Shown one piece after another: positions 48,180 through 58,104 of a stretch of 64,000 nt of DNA. The DNA is taken from positions 96,001 to 160,000 of the IMG/VR virus record IMGVR_UViG_3300024255_001563; one strand, written 5' to 3'. The stretch comes from a virus. Its lineage: Duplodnaviria > Caudoviricetes. Made by a program: the position numbers and the translations under genes. How positions within the stretch are numbered: position 1 is the stretch's first letter; each line of letters begins with the position of its first letter. The notes below the pieces were generated by a model, which saw only the letters and a list, made by a program, of their open reading frames with translations, was not told the DNA's origin and did not search any database.

Positions 48180-49611
48180 TGAAACGTTACAACAGTATCG
48201 TGATAGAGTATTAGACAATAAAAGTAAGAGTTTCTGCGGAGCCAAGTGGTTTAACGCTACTACCTGGCTTGGTAGTGGTACAACTGCTAGTTGTCATCAC
48301 CCGCCTGCACATAAAATTCCATTAGTAGAAGTAGAAGCAGACTACACTGCTATTCATAATACCAAGCATAAAAAAGAAATGCGCCGCCAAATGCAGACAG
48401 GTGAACGCCCAGCTGAGTGCGAGTATTGTTGGAAAATGGAAGATATGAAAAAGGATGCTGTCAGTGACAGAACCTTTAAAAGCATTATCTATTCTGATGA
48501 AGAGTTACAACGTGCATATGATATGGATCATCATGAGAATGTTAATCTAAAAACATTTGAGATTGCTTTTGATAGAACGTGTAACTTAGCATGTAGTTAT
48601 TGCAATGCAAGTTTCTCAACTACGTGGGCTAAAGATATTAAAAAGAATGGCGAGTACACAAACTTAGTAAGTGATGGCGCTGGTGCATTTAGACAAGACG
48701 GCAGTTGGACACAACCTTACAAAGATGATGACGATAATCCTTACATTCAAGCGTTTTGGAAATGGTGGGATAATGGTTTAGCAGACAGTTTAGAGGAACT
48801 GCGTATCACTGGCGGCGAACCTTTAATGAGCGGAAACACTTGGAAGTTGTTTGATTGGTTTAATAAGCAAGATTCAGATATGCGTTTTGCAATTAATAGC
48901 AATCTAATTGCTAAAGATGCTATTATAGACAAGCTAATTGAGAAAACACAAGGTATGAATCACTTTGAGTTGTATACTAGTTGTGAAGCAGTAGGTGCTC
49001 AAGCAGATTATATTCGTGACGGACTAGATTATGACGAATGGACTAAAAATATTAAACGTATACTAACAGAAGCAAATACTAAAGGCGTACACATTATGAT
49101 GACTATTAACAGTCTTTGCTTGTTTAGTATTACAGAATTCTTAGATGATGTTTACAAACTAAAAGAGCTCACACAAAGTAGAACGCCAACTGTAAGTTTA
49201 AACTTATTACGCTTTCCGAGTTTTCAATCACCGCTGGCATTGCCTAATCATATTAAGGATCATTGCCATAATAAATTGTCAACATGGTATGAAGCTAACA
49301 AAGACAAGCCGGGCTGGAGTGAGTTTGAAAAAGCAAGTATTGAACGTTTAATAGATTACTTGGTAACTGTAGATGCTCCGCATAGACGTACAAGTAACCC
49401 TACTACACTATGGCGTGATTTTAAAACATTCTATGCACAGTATGATGTACGTAGAAACAAAAGCCTAAGTGTATTTCCTAAAATACTAACAGACTGGGTC
49501 GATAGTATTCCAGATACTGATGCAAGCATTATGGAACTTGCAGAAAAAGAAGGTTGGATATTAAAACCTGATAATAAAAACATAGAAATACCTTTGGCAA
49601 CGTATGACTGA
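48163..49611 (+). CDS. Radical SAM protein 2 (N-terminal Cys cluster)
   Basis: CNLACSYC, ITGGEPL; N-terminal FCGAKW..SCHHP..ECEYC. Confidence 0.9.
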   Translation: MPKKTDETLQQYRDRVLDNKSKSFCGAKWFNATTWLGSGTTASCHHPPAHKIPLVEVEADYTAIHNTKHKKEMRRQMQTGERPAECEYCWKMEDMKKDAVSDRTFKSIIYSDEELQRAYDMDHHENVNLKTFEIAFDRTCNLACSYCNASFSTTWAKDIKKNGEYTNLVSDGAGAFRQDGSWTQPYKDDDDNPYIQAFWKWWDNGLADSLEELRITGGEPLMSGNTWKLFDWFNKQDSDMRFAINSNLIAKDAIIDKLIEKTQGMNHFELYTSCEAVGAQADYIRDGLDYDEWTKNIKRILTEANTKGVHIMMTINSLCLFSITEFLDDVYKLKELTQSRTPTVSLNLLRFPSFQSPLALPNHIKDHCHNKLSTWYEANKDKPGWSEFEKASIERLIDYLVTVDAPHRRTSNPTTLWRDFKTFYAQYDVRRNKSLSVFPKILTDWVDSIPDTDASIMELAEKEGWILKPDNKNIEIPLATYD

Positions 49612-50914
49612 TAAAATTGGACCTTACTTTTGCACAGCACCCTGGACACATACTTACGTTAGCCCGCAAGGCGAGCGTAGGTTGTGTTGTGCTAGTAGAG
49701 AAGATGCAAGTTTTCAAAAGCAGTATATAGATGCAGGTGATAAAGACAACACTGAATTTGATCCAATAACACTCGAAGAACATTGGAACAGCGATTATAT
49801 GAAAGATATTCGTAAGCGTATGTTAGCCGGAGAAAAACTAAGCCAGTGCGATGTGTGTAATAATCAAGTATTAAATTTACATACATACAAAAACTATTTT
49901 ACTAATACACTATTTCCGCACAAAGTCGAAGACATAATAGCTAGTACAAAAGAAGACGGCTACACAACTATGCAACCAATTAGTTTTGATTATCGTATAA
50001 GCAATCTTTGTAATTTTAAATGTCGCATGTGCGGTGAACAACTTAGTTCAAGTTGGGAAACTGAAAAGATTAAACATAATGTAGTTAACTACAAACGTGA
50101 AAAATGGATGCAACCAGACACACGAAAGAAGATTGCTACATTTCAAAAAGAAGTTCTCGAAACAGAACTACAAACAGCAGTTGACAAAGGCATTGTAGAG
50201 GAGTTATACTGGGTAGGCGGCGAGCCACTTATGTATGATATACATTGGCGTATTATGCAACAGCTAGTAGACGAAGAAAAAAGCCAAGACGTAGTTGTAC
50301 GTTATAATACAAACTTGAGCAGAACACACTACAAGAATTATAAACTGTACGACATGCTAGATAACTTCAAACGTGTTAACCTTTGTGCTAGTATAGACGG
50401 GGTAGGCGAAGTCGGCGAATACATTAGAACAGGACTCAAATGGGACGAGTGGCTACAAAACTTCAAAGATGGCATGTTTCTTATCAATAAGTATGGAGAC
50501 GATGCATTAGTATTTGATGTTACACTAACAACTCCGGGATTGTTTGATTTGAAACGTATGTTTGATGTAGTTACAGAATTAGATGTTAAGAGTTACTTTA
50601 AAATTACATTTGCATTTGACCCTAGTGTTCTAATGAGTCCTATGTGTTTGCCAAGAGAAGTATTAGATGAGCAAATACACAAACTACTAGACTACATTAA
50701 GCCTAGAGTTACACACAAAACTCGTGTGTACCAAGAAACATTAGAAAACATGCTTGAACGCAAAACGTTTGAAGAAGAATACACTGACTATAAAGATGGT
50801 TGGAGACGAGGTAAAAAGAATATAATGTTTATAGAAAGCATCAGAACGCAAGACGTTACATTTAGAGACACTCTTAGTGACGCAGGTAAAGAATGGTGGG
50901 ATAGCATTGAGTAA
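49604..50914 (+). CDS. Radical SAM protein 3 (N-terminal twitch-like)
   Basis: CNFKCRMC, WVGGEPL; FCTAPW..LCC..QCDVC. Confidence 0.9.
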   Translation: MTDKIGPYFCTAPWTHTYVSPQGERRLCCASREDASFQKQYIDAGDKDNTEFDPITLEEHWNSDYMKDIRKRMLAGEKLSQCDVCNNQVLNLHTYKNYFTNTLFPHKVEDIIASTKEDGYTTMQPISFDYRISNLCNFKCRMCGEQLSSSWETEKIKHNVVNYKREKWMQPDTRKKIATFQKEVLETELQTAVDKGIVEELYWVGGEPLMYDIHWRIMQQLVDEEKSQDVVVRYNTNLSRTHYKNYKLYDMLDNFKRVNLCASIDGVGEVGEYIRTGLKWDEWLQNFKDGMFLINKYGDDALVFDVTLTTPGLFDLKRMFDVVTELDVKSYFKITFAFDPSVLMSPMCLPREVLDEQIHKLLDYIKPRVTHKTRVYQETLENMLERKTFEEEYTDYKDGWRRGKKNIMFIESIRTQDVTFRDTLSDAGKEWWDSIE

Positions 50915-52094
50915 TACATTTTGCCCTTTACCGTGGACACACTTAGCAACACATCCGCACGGTAGTGTTACACTTTGCTGTGAAAGCGATATGACGAATC
51001 GTGCAAGCGAATCTCAAAATTTACCACGTGAATTTATCACACTGCACAACTCAGAGTATGATTTTAAAAAAATAATGAACTCAGACTTGTTTAAACAAGT
51101 GCGCAAAGACATGCTAGAAGGTAAACAGCCAGCACCTTGTACAAAGTGTTACAAACTAGAAACACTAGGCAATCAAAGCAAACGTACCCGAGACACAGAG
51201 TTGCTGGACTTTAGCATAGAAGATGCACAGCGTATTACACAAACAGACGGCACACTAGATGAAGTTAACTTTGAGTTTATTGAACTGCGACTAGGCAATA
51301 TTTGCAACCTAGCATGTCGCAGTTGCAATCCACAGAGCAGTTCAAAATGGAAGAGCGACTGGGAAAAACTAAATGAGCGTAAATTTGATATGCCACAAAG
51401 CATGTTTGATTGGCCCTTAGATGAACGCTTTTGGGTAAGTCTAGCAGAACATTGTAATAACACACGCAAAGTATACATTAACGGCGGCGAACCTCTGCTA
51501 GTAGACAAGCACATGCGCTTCTTAGAGTTTTTGATTACCAAAGATTTGGCTAAGAATATTACACTAGTATACAGTACCAACAGTACAATCATAAACGACA
51601 AGTACGTTAACTTGTGGAACAAGTTTAAGCAGGTTGAGTTTATGGTGAGTATTGATTGTTTAGAAGACCGCAATAATTATTTGCGTCATCCTGCTAAGTG
51701 GAATAATATAATAGAAGCATTTGATTGGTTACATAGCTTAGGACATAAAAGTTATGTGTTACAAACAGTAAGTGTAATGAACATATACTATATCAAAGAG
51801 TTTTGGGAGTTCTTTAGAAGCAAGGGTGTTAATGTATCACATAATATGGTACATCATCCTAACTATTACAGTGCAGCAAATGCGCCTCAACATGCCAAAC
51901 AAGCAGTATTAGACAAGATTGTCGGCATGCCGTTCTATGGTAGTATAAATAATTTTTTAAGTCAAGAATCAAACACACTAGCATTTGAACAGTTCTTCAA
52001 AGAGAACGAAAGACTAGATGCTATACGTAAACAGAGTTACGCAGAGACGTTTAAAGAGTGGCACAACATAATAAAGGCAAACAATGACAGATAA
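50877..52094 (+). CDS. Radical SAM protein 4 (N-terminal twitch-like); true start probably TTG 50907
   Basis: CNLACRSC, INGGEPL; FCPLPW..LCC..PCTKC. Confidence 0.9.
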   Translation: MTQVKNGGIALSNTFCPLPWTHLATHPHGSVTLCCESDMTNRASESQNLPREFITLHNSEYDFKKIMNSDLFKQVRKDMLEGKQPAPCTKCYKLETLGNQSKRTRDTELLDFSIEDAQRITQTDGTLDEVNFEFIELRLGNICNLACRSCNPQSSSKWKSDWEKLNERKFDMPQSMFDWPLDERFWVSLAEHCNNTRKVYINGGEPLLVDKHMRFLEFLITKDLAKNITLVYSTNSTIINDKYVNLWNKFKQVEFMVSIDCLEDRNNYLRHPAKWNNIIEAFDWLHSLGHKSYVLQTVSVMNIYYIKEFWEFFRSKGVNVSHNMVHHPNYYSAANAPQHAKQAVLDKIVGMPFYGSINNFLSQESNTLAFEQFFKENERLDAIRKQSYAETFKEWHNIIKANNDR

Positions 52095-53274
52095 ATTATG
52101 CGCTGCACCGTGGGTGCATCTACACACATTTCCGAGTGGGCAAGTTTATCCTTGTTGCCTTACACCTATGGAATTTCCTGTAGGAAATCTAAATAACCAA
52201 TCCTTAGAAGAAGTTTGGAATAACGAAAAAATACGTAATATTCGTAAACAAATGATTGCAGGTATAGAGCCAGAAAGCTGTAAACGATGCTTCGAACAAG
52301 AAAAACACGGCAAAGATAGCTTTAGAGAGCATATGAATCAAACGTTTCCAAATTATGAAAATCTAATACAAACCACCGCTGCTGACGGTTCGTTAGATAA
52401 TATGGATCTTCGTTATTGGGATTTTAGATTTTCAAACATTTGTAATATGAAATGCAGAAGCTGCGGACCTCAACTTAGCACCGGTTGGTATGAAGATACT
52501 AAAAAGATATGGGGCAGTCTTCCTAACGATATACCTGATAAAATTAAGCAATTTGATTTATGGGACCAAATTCTTCCGTTTTTTGATACTGTAGAAGAGA
52601 TTTATTTTGCAGGCGGCGAGCCTCTTATAATGGAAGAACATTATAGAATTTTAAAAAAGTTAGAAGAAATAGATAGGTATGACGTTCGTCTAAAGTATAA
52701 TACAAATTTTAGTCAGATGAAATACAAAAAGCTAGACGCTTTAGAAACATGGGCTAAGTTTAAAGATGTCGAAGTAGGTGCTAGTTTTGATGGCTACGGC
52801 AAACAAGCAGAATATATCCGAAAAGGAACTGATTGGGATCAAATCTATCAAAATAGGTTAAAACAAAAAGAAATAGCGCCTAATGTTAACTTTTTTGTAA
52901 ACTTTACATTAAGCGTAATGAATAGTTTGCATATTATTGATTTCCATCATTATGCAGTAGAGTCTAAATTAATAGATACCTACGATAATTTACATATTAA
53001 CTTTGTACATTCGCCTGAACATATGAGCTTACAAGCATTGCCGCCAAAGCTAAAAGAAACAGTAAAAGCAGCCTATAAAAAGCATATAAGTTTTTTAAAA
53101 GAAAATTTGCAGAATCGCTCCGCTGCTCAGTTTGAAAGTTCTATTAGTTTTATGGAATCAGAAGACAAATATATCTTAAATTCTAAATTTAAAGATTATA
53201 TGAAAACATTAGATGACATACGCAATGAGTCGTTTATAGACACGTTCCCGGAATTAAAAGAAATGCTTGAATGA
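52084..53274 (+). CDS. Radical SAM protein 5 (N-terminal twitch-like)
   Basis: CNMKCRSC, FAGGEPL; LCAAPW..PCC..SCKRC. Confidence 0.9.
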   Translation: MTDKLCAAPWVHLHTFPSGQVYPCCLTPMEFPVGNLNNQSLEEVWNNEKIRNIRKQMIAGIEPESCKRCFEQEKHGKDSFREHMNQTFPNYENLIQTTAADGSLDNMDLRYWDFRFSNICNMKCRSCGPQLSTGWYEDTKKIWGSLPNDIPDKIKQFDLWDQILPFFDTVEEIYFAGGEPLIMEEHYRILKKLEEIDRYDVRLKYNTNFSQMKYKKLDALETWAKFKDVEVGASFDGYGKQAEYIRKGTDWDQIYQNRLKQKEIAPNVNFFVNFTLSVMNSLHIIDFHHYAVESKLIDTYDNLHINFVHSPEHMSLQALPPKLKETVKAAYKKHISFLKENLQNRSAAQFESSISFMESEDKYILNSKFKDYMKTLDDIRNESFIDTFPELKEMLE

Positions 53275-54581
53275 TAAATTTATATTACGATAATATAATT
53301 GACGGCGTTCCGGCACCTAACGGTACATTTAATTTTGAAATATCTAAAGACGCTCGGAGAATTCCATACGTTAAAGATTATAGAGCAGAGATGCCTATAG
53401 CAAAGTTTAATACGTTTTATTTTGTAATGAAAGCAAATAAAACAGTAGTAAACCTTGTGTCAGGCAAGCCTAAAAATATTAAAAATTTATATTATCCTAT
53501 TGAATTAAATTATTCTTATTACGGCTGGAATAGAAACTTAACAGCACTAATATCCCCTAGAGCTAAAAGTTTAATAAAAAAGGGAAGGTTAAAATTATTA
53601 ATTTTAGCTCCGAGGCTAGCCGGTAATTCTTTTATTATTGAACAGTTAAAGCAAAGAGTTGACGAAATAGTAGAATTACTTGGTATTAAAAAAAGCCAAA
53701 TATACATTGTGCTAGGAGAATTAAATAATGTATATAGGACGTTGTTAGACACTAAAAACGTTTTTGGTATAGATTGGTGGCAAATATATATGCAATTAGT
53801 TTATAAAGTTCGAAGTGGATTGTCGTCATTATCGTGGATATGTGAAGATCCATTTTTAAAGATATCAAAAGATTTGACTATTGACCACGAAAATTGGAAC
53901 CCTAAAAAAGTTTACAATACTTCGTTTACAAATTATTTTCAGACAGATGTAACTGTATTTCTTGAGTTGGCTCATAATAACTTACTTGATGACGGGTATG
54001 TTAAGTTAAATTCAAGTAACTATAATTTATCTAAAACAATATCGCCTATGCTAGTTAATCCTAGATCTTCGCAACTTGAAAAAGAATCTAAACAAGGATT
54101 ATTAAAACATATAGACAATTATTCGCAAGAAGTTAACAATACGTTAATGAATTACAATATCGAAGAATACCAAGATACAGTATTATCTATATTGTGTGAT
54201 GACATTGAGATTGATGTTAATACTCAGTATAAACAAGAGGTAGCATCATTTACGTTAGGACCTAACGTATGGAAACACATATATATCGGACACCCTGCGG
54301 CTATTATAGGATGTTCGTCGGTCCATAATTACCTTAATAATCAAGGATATTTTAGTTGCAATGCATTAATTAATCAACATTATGATACAATGTACGATCC
54401 TACAAACCGTGCAGAGCATATTAGAAAAAATATTGAATATCTAAAAAGTCTTAGTAGTGAAGATATAAGCGAATTAATAGCAGAAGCAATACCGTTTTTA
54501 AAAAAGAATCGTGAAATATTTTTAACAAGACGCATGCAGCCTAAATTTTTATCACTTTTTGTTGACATGAATAACAATTGA
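53271..54581 (+). CDS. Hypothetical protein, possibly a degenerate glycosyltransferase-like protein
   Basis: 436-aa ORF. The C-terminal VWKHIYIGHPAAIIG...YLNNQGY...YDTMYDP loosely resembles a phage GT-like C-terminal motif (from memory). Confidence 0.5.
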   Translation: MINLYYDNIIDGVPAPNGTFNFEISKDARRIPYVKDYRAEMPIAKFNTFYFVMKANKTVVNLVSGKPKNIKNLYYPIELNYSYYGWNRNLTALISPRAKSLIKKGRLKLLILAPRLAGNSFIIEQLKQRVDEIVELLGIKKSQIYIVLGELNNVYRTLLDTKNVFGIDWWQIYMQLVYKVRSGLSSLSWICEDPFLKISKDLTIDHENWNPKKVYNTSFTNYFQTDVTVFLELAHNNLLDDGYVKLNSSNYNLSKTISPMLVNPRSSQLEKESKQGLLKHIDNYSQEVNNTLMNYNIEEYQDTVLSILCDDIEIDVNTQYKQEVASFTLGPNVWKHIYIGHPAAIIGCSSVHNYLNNQGYFSCNALINQHYDTMYDPTNRAEHIRKNIEYLKSLSSEDISELIAEAIPFLKKNREIFLTRRMQPKFLSLFVDMNNN

Positions 54582-54590
54582 GTTTATAAT
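54562..54590 (+). promoter_or_regulatory. Perfect sigma70-type internal promoter
   Basis: TTGACA (54562-54567), 17-nt spacer, TATAAT (54585-54590), 7 nt before ATG 54598. Confidence 0.8.
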
Positions 54591-54597
54591 ATACATA

Positions 54598-56532
54598 ATG
54601 TATGATATCATTTTTATTAATAATAATTCTAAATATGCACAGGTCTCTTGGAATAAGTTAAAACAACAGTATCCAAGAGCAAAGTCTGCTGATAGTTTTG
54701 AGCAAGCTCAAAAAATAGTGTTTACAAAAATGTTTTGGGTTGTTTGGCCCGATATCGATATTGCAGATGATTTTAAATTTGATTATCGTGCAGACGAATA
54801 TAGTCAAGAATATGTTCATACATTTTTAAATAGAGATACTTATGACGGTGTAATACTTGTACCCAAACGTGCTGAAATATCAGAACGTGAATTGCGCCAT
54901 AGATTCTTTATAAACAAAAAAGAAGTAGATATTGTAGCAAGTACACCTAAGCCGTTTGACTTGTATTACATTGACACTTGGGAAGACTACGAATATGCAC
55001 TTGAAAATAGTTCAACAGAAATGTTTTGGGCAGTATCGCATAACTTAAAATATAGTCTATCATACATAAACAACTTTTATTTTAGTCACCATAACAGTTA
55101 CGACAGGAAAGAAAATCATGCATTTGTACATGAGGTTGATGGAAGGAAATTATACAATGGCGTATTCTTATGTTCGCAAAACAAACCTCTCAACAAAAAA
55201 CAAATAGACTACAGATTCTTAGTAAACGCTAAACAGTGGGACGATGTAGTAAGTGGTCCTAGGCAGTATGAGATATATGCAGTAACTAACTATAATGATT
55301 ATCTAGATATAATAGATCATTGTCCTACAGAGATGTTTTGGATGATACCTTCTCATGTTCAAGTACGTGATGATTTTAACTTTGAAATGTACTTTAGTCA
55401 TGAAAGTGAATACGATAGAAAAATAAATCATGTATTTAAGAACGGCGAATACTACGATGGTATTATTCTATGTAGTAAACATGCACCTATTAGCGAGCGA
55501 GAATTTAAGTATAAATTTATTACTAATAAAAAAGAACATGACGTAATTGCAAGCGATGCATTAGAATATGATAAAATTGTAGTCAACACATATGAAGAAT
55601 TTTGTGAATTAGGACAAAAAGTTAGCACAGACTTCTTTTATGTAATACCTAATGACGTAGACGTAGACTGGGACTTTAACTATCATATACCTTACTACGA
55701 ACGTGAAAACATACACGTATTTAAAAACGGCAAGTACCACGACGGTGTGTTTCTAATACACAAAGATAAGTCACTTGCACAACGTGAGTTTGATTATAGG
55801 TTCTTTGTAAATAAAAAAGAAATTGATATAACTGTTAGTACGCCTAAACCATATGACATTGTGTTTATTAGTTATAATGAACCTAACGCAGATGATAACT
55901 ATCGTTTGCTTACAGACCGTTTTCCTAGAGCAAAACGAGTACACGGTGTAAAAGGCATTCATCAAGCACACATTGAAGCAGCAAAGCTATGTACAACAAA
56001 TATGTTTTTTGTTGTAGACGGGGATGCACAAGTATTAGAAGATTTTGTGTTTGAACATCAAGTTCCTAAATGGCAAAGAGATCAAGTGTTTGTTTGGCGC
56101 AGTCGTAATCCTATTAATGATTTAGAATATGGTTACGGAGGAATTAAACTGTTTCCGGTAAGAGAAACACTTAACATGGACGTTACTAAAACTGACATGA
56201 CTACAAGCATTAGTCCTAAATTTAATGCTATGGAAAGTGTAAGTAACATCACAACATTTAACACAGACGCCTTTTCAACATGGAAAAGTGCTTTTAGAGA
56301 ATGCTGTAAATTAGCAAGTAAAACAATCCGTGGACAAGTAGATAATGAAACAGAAGAAAGACTTAAACAATGGTGCGAAGTAGGGCACGATGCACTATAC
56401 GGAAAATATGCTATACATGGTGCATGTAGCGGCCGTAATTGGGGTAATGACAATAAGCATTATCCGGATAAACTAAATTTAATTAACGACTTTGATTGGT
56501 TATATGAAGAATTTTCAAAACATACCTTTTGA
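54598..56532 (+). CDS. Multi-repeat GT-A-like protein (four degenerate repeats plus one full domain)
   Basis: Repeated MFW(V/A/M)...H(T/A/V)F...Y(D/N)G...(Y/H)RFF.NKKE units. The C-terminal domain YDIVFISYNEPNA...RVHGVKGIHQAH...FFVVDGDA...YGYGGIKLF...WKSAFRECCK is paralogous to 45407..46306. Confidence 0.7.
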   Translation: MYDIIFINNNSKYAQVSWNKLKQQYPRAKSADSFEQAQKIVFTKMFWVVWPDIDIADDFKFDYRADEYSQEYVHTFLNRDTYDGVILVPKRAEISERELRHRFFINKKEVDIVASTPKPFDLYYIDTWEDYEYALENSSTEMFWAVSHNLKYSLSYINNFYFSHHNSYDRKENHAFVHEVDGRKLYNGVFLCSQNKPLNKKQIDYRFLVNAKQWDDVVSGPRQYEIYAVTNYNDYLDIIDHCPTEMFWMIPSHVQVRDDFNFEMYFSHESEYDRKINHVFKNGEYYDGIILCSKHAPISEREFKYKFITNKKEHDVIASDALEYDKIVVNTYEEFCELGQKVSTDFFYVIPNDVDVDWDFNYHIPYYERENIHVFKNGKYHDGVFLIHKDKSLAQREFDYRFFVNKKEIDITVSTPKPYDIVFISYNEPNADDNYRLLTDRFPRAKRVHGVKGIHQAHIEAAKLCTTNMFFVVDGDAQVLEDFVFEHQVPKWQRDQVFVWRSRNPINDLEYGYGGIKLFPVRETLNMDVTKTDMTTSISPKFNAMESVSNITTFNTDAFSTWKSAFRECCKLASKTIRGQVDNETEERLKQWCEVGHDALYGKYAIHGACSGRNWGNDNKHYPDKLNLINDFDWLYEEFSKHTF

Positions 56533-57502
56533 CAACATAACAAAGTTTGGACAAAAAACCTTGTTAGACACTAACTTGTTTACAGTGTCTTGGATCCTTG
56601 CGAGATTTTGTAATTACAATTGTAGCTACTGCTGGCCTTATGCAAGAAGTAGTACACCCGACCATCAAACATTAGAAACATACAAAACTGCATTAACTGA
56701 AATAAAGCGACAGGCAAGAGATAACGGATTTACAGACTTCCATTTTAGTTTTAGTGGAGGCGAGCCTACGGCATATAAATACTTTGGGGAGCTCATAGAG
56801 CATTATTGCAGTGATGCAACACCCGAATACCAAAGTATCCACATGACAACAAATCTTAGCCCGGGAAGCAAATGGTGGAACAAGTGGTTAGAAACTACAA
56901 GCACTCTGCAACGTAGAAGTATAACAGCGAGCTATCACGCAGAGTTTGCTAATGAACAAGAATTTGGAGACAAATGTCTTCAACTTATGAAAGAAGGTGT
57001 TTATGTTACAATCAATCAAGTTATGGTTCCGGAAATGTTCGAAGAGCTTTACGGACGCTTGGAGCGATTTGCCGCCAGAGGTATTAATGTCACTCTCAAA
57101 CCCCAGTCCGATCCTACCGCCAGTAGTGTGGTACATGGTTACACAACCAATGAAATCGAAACCATGCAAAAAGGGTTCCCACAAAAAATCCCAGATGAAT
57201 TTAAAAGAATAATTCCTTTACTGCAAGTTGAATTAGAAGACAGCACTGGAAAAACGTACTACATAGATCAAGCAGAACGCTTTAATGCATTTGGATTTAA
57301 TAAGTTTAAAGGATGGGAATGTAATGCAGGCTATCAAGGATGCGTTATACGTAGTAATGAAGTTAAACGCAGCTACAGTTGCCACGATGAACCCTTAGGC
57401 ACGTTAGACGGCGGATTTGAGCTGTTTAAAGCACCACGTAAGTGCGTTACTCCTAGCTGTGTAAGCAGTGCAGATAGTAAACTACCAAAGAGAAAAATAT
57501 GA
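56492..57502 (+). CDS. Radical SAM protein 6 (C-terminal twitch/SPASM); true start probably ATG 56504
   Basis: CNYNCSYC, FSGGEPT; C-terminal WECNAG...SYSC...CVTPSCVS. Confidence 0.9.
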   Translation: MIGYMKNFQNIPFDNITKFGQKTLLDTNLFTVSWILARFCNYNCSYCWPYARSSTPDHQTLETYKTALTEIKRQARDNGFTDFHFSFSGGEPTAYKYFGELIEHYCSDATPEYQSIHMTTNLSPGSKWWNKWLETTSTLQRRSITASYHAEFANEQEFGDKCLQLMKEGVYVTINQVMVPEMFEELYGRLERFAARGINVTLKPQSDPTASSVVHGYTTNEIETMQKGFPQKIPDEFKRIIPLLQVELEDSTGKTYYIDQAERFNAFGFNKFKGWECNAGYQGCVIRSNEVKRSYSCHDEPLGTLDGGFELFKAPRKCVTPSCVSSADSKLPKRKI

Positions 57503-58104
57503 AAATAGATATACAAGATGTATTATTCTGGATGGATGCAATTCGCAACAGCGATGACAAATACCGTACACTTGAAAGCTTCTGGAAAGGACAAGTCAAC
57601 AGCAAGATATGGCTTGCTGACGCACTGCGTGTAAACTACGTTGACGATGATGCTCGTATTGTAATATACGGCGGCTGGAATGGTGTGCTTTCTAGTATCT
57701 TATTTAATAGCAGTTTAAGCATTGAGCATATTACAAGTGTTGACATTGATGAAGATTGCCAAGAAACTGCATACACAGTTAATAAAAACTATGAAATAGC
57801 AGGAAGATTTGATGCAGTAACCGCAGACATGTGTACTTACACAGAACCTGCTGACATTGTTATTAACACAAGCTGCGAACACATTACGCAAGAACAATAC
57901 GAACAGTGGTTAGACATTCAACCAGACGATGCGCTATTTGTAATACAAAGCAATAACTACTTTGAGTTAGACGAGCACATTCGTTGTGCAACTGATCAAG
58001 ATGACTTTATGCGCATGAGTAAAATCAAACCATACTGGAGAGGCGAATTTAAAACCCCTAAGTATACTCGTTATATGATTATAGGTAAAAAGAAGAATGT
58101 ATAA
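57499..58104 (+). CDS. Class I SAM-dependent methyltransferase-like protein
   Basis: IVIYGGWNG (motif I variant), SVDID, ADM, IVINTSCEH. Confidence 0.7.
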   Translation: MKIDIQDVLFWMDAIRNSDDKYRTLESFWKGQVNSKIWLADALRVNYVDDDARIVIYGGWNGVLSSILFNSSLSIEHITSVDIDEDCQETAYTVNKNYEIAGRFDAVTADMCTYTEPADIVINTSCEHITQEQYEQWLDIQPDDALFVIQSNNYFELDEHIRCATDQDDFMRMSKIKPYWRGEFKTPKYTRYMIIGKKKNV

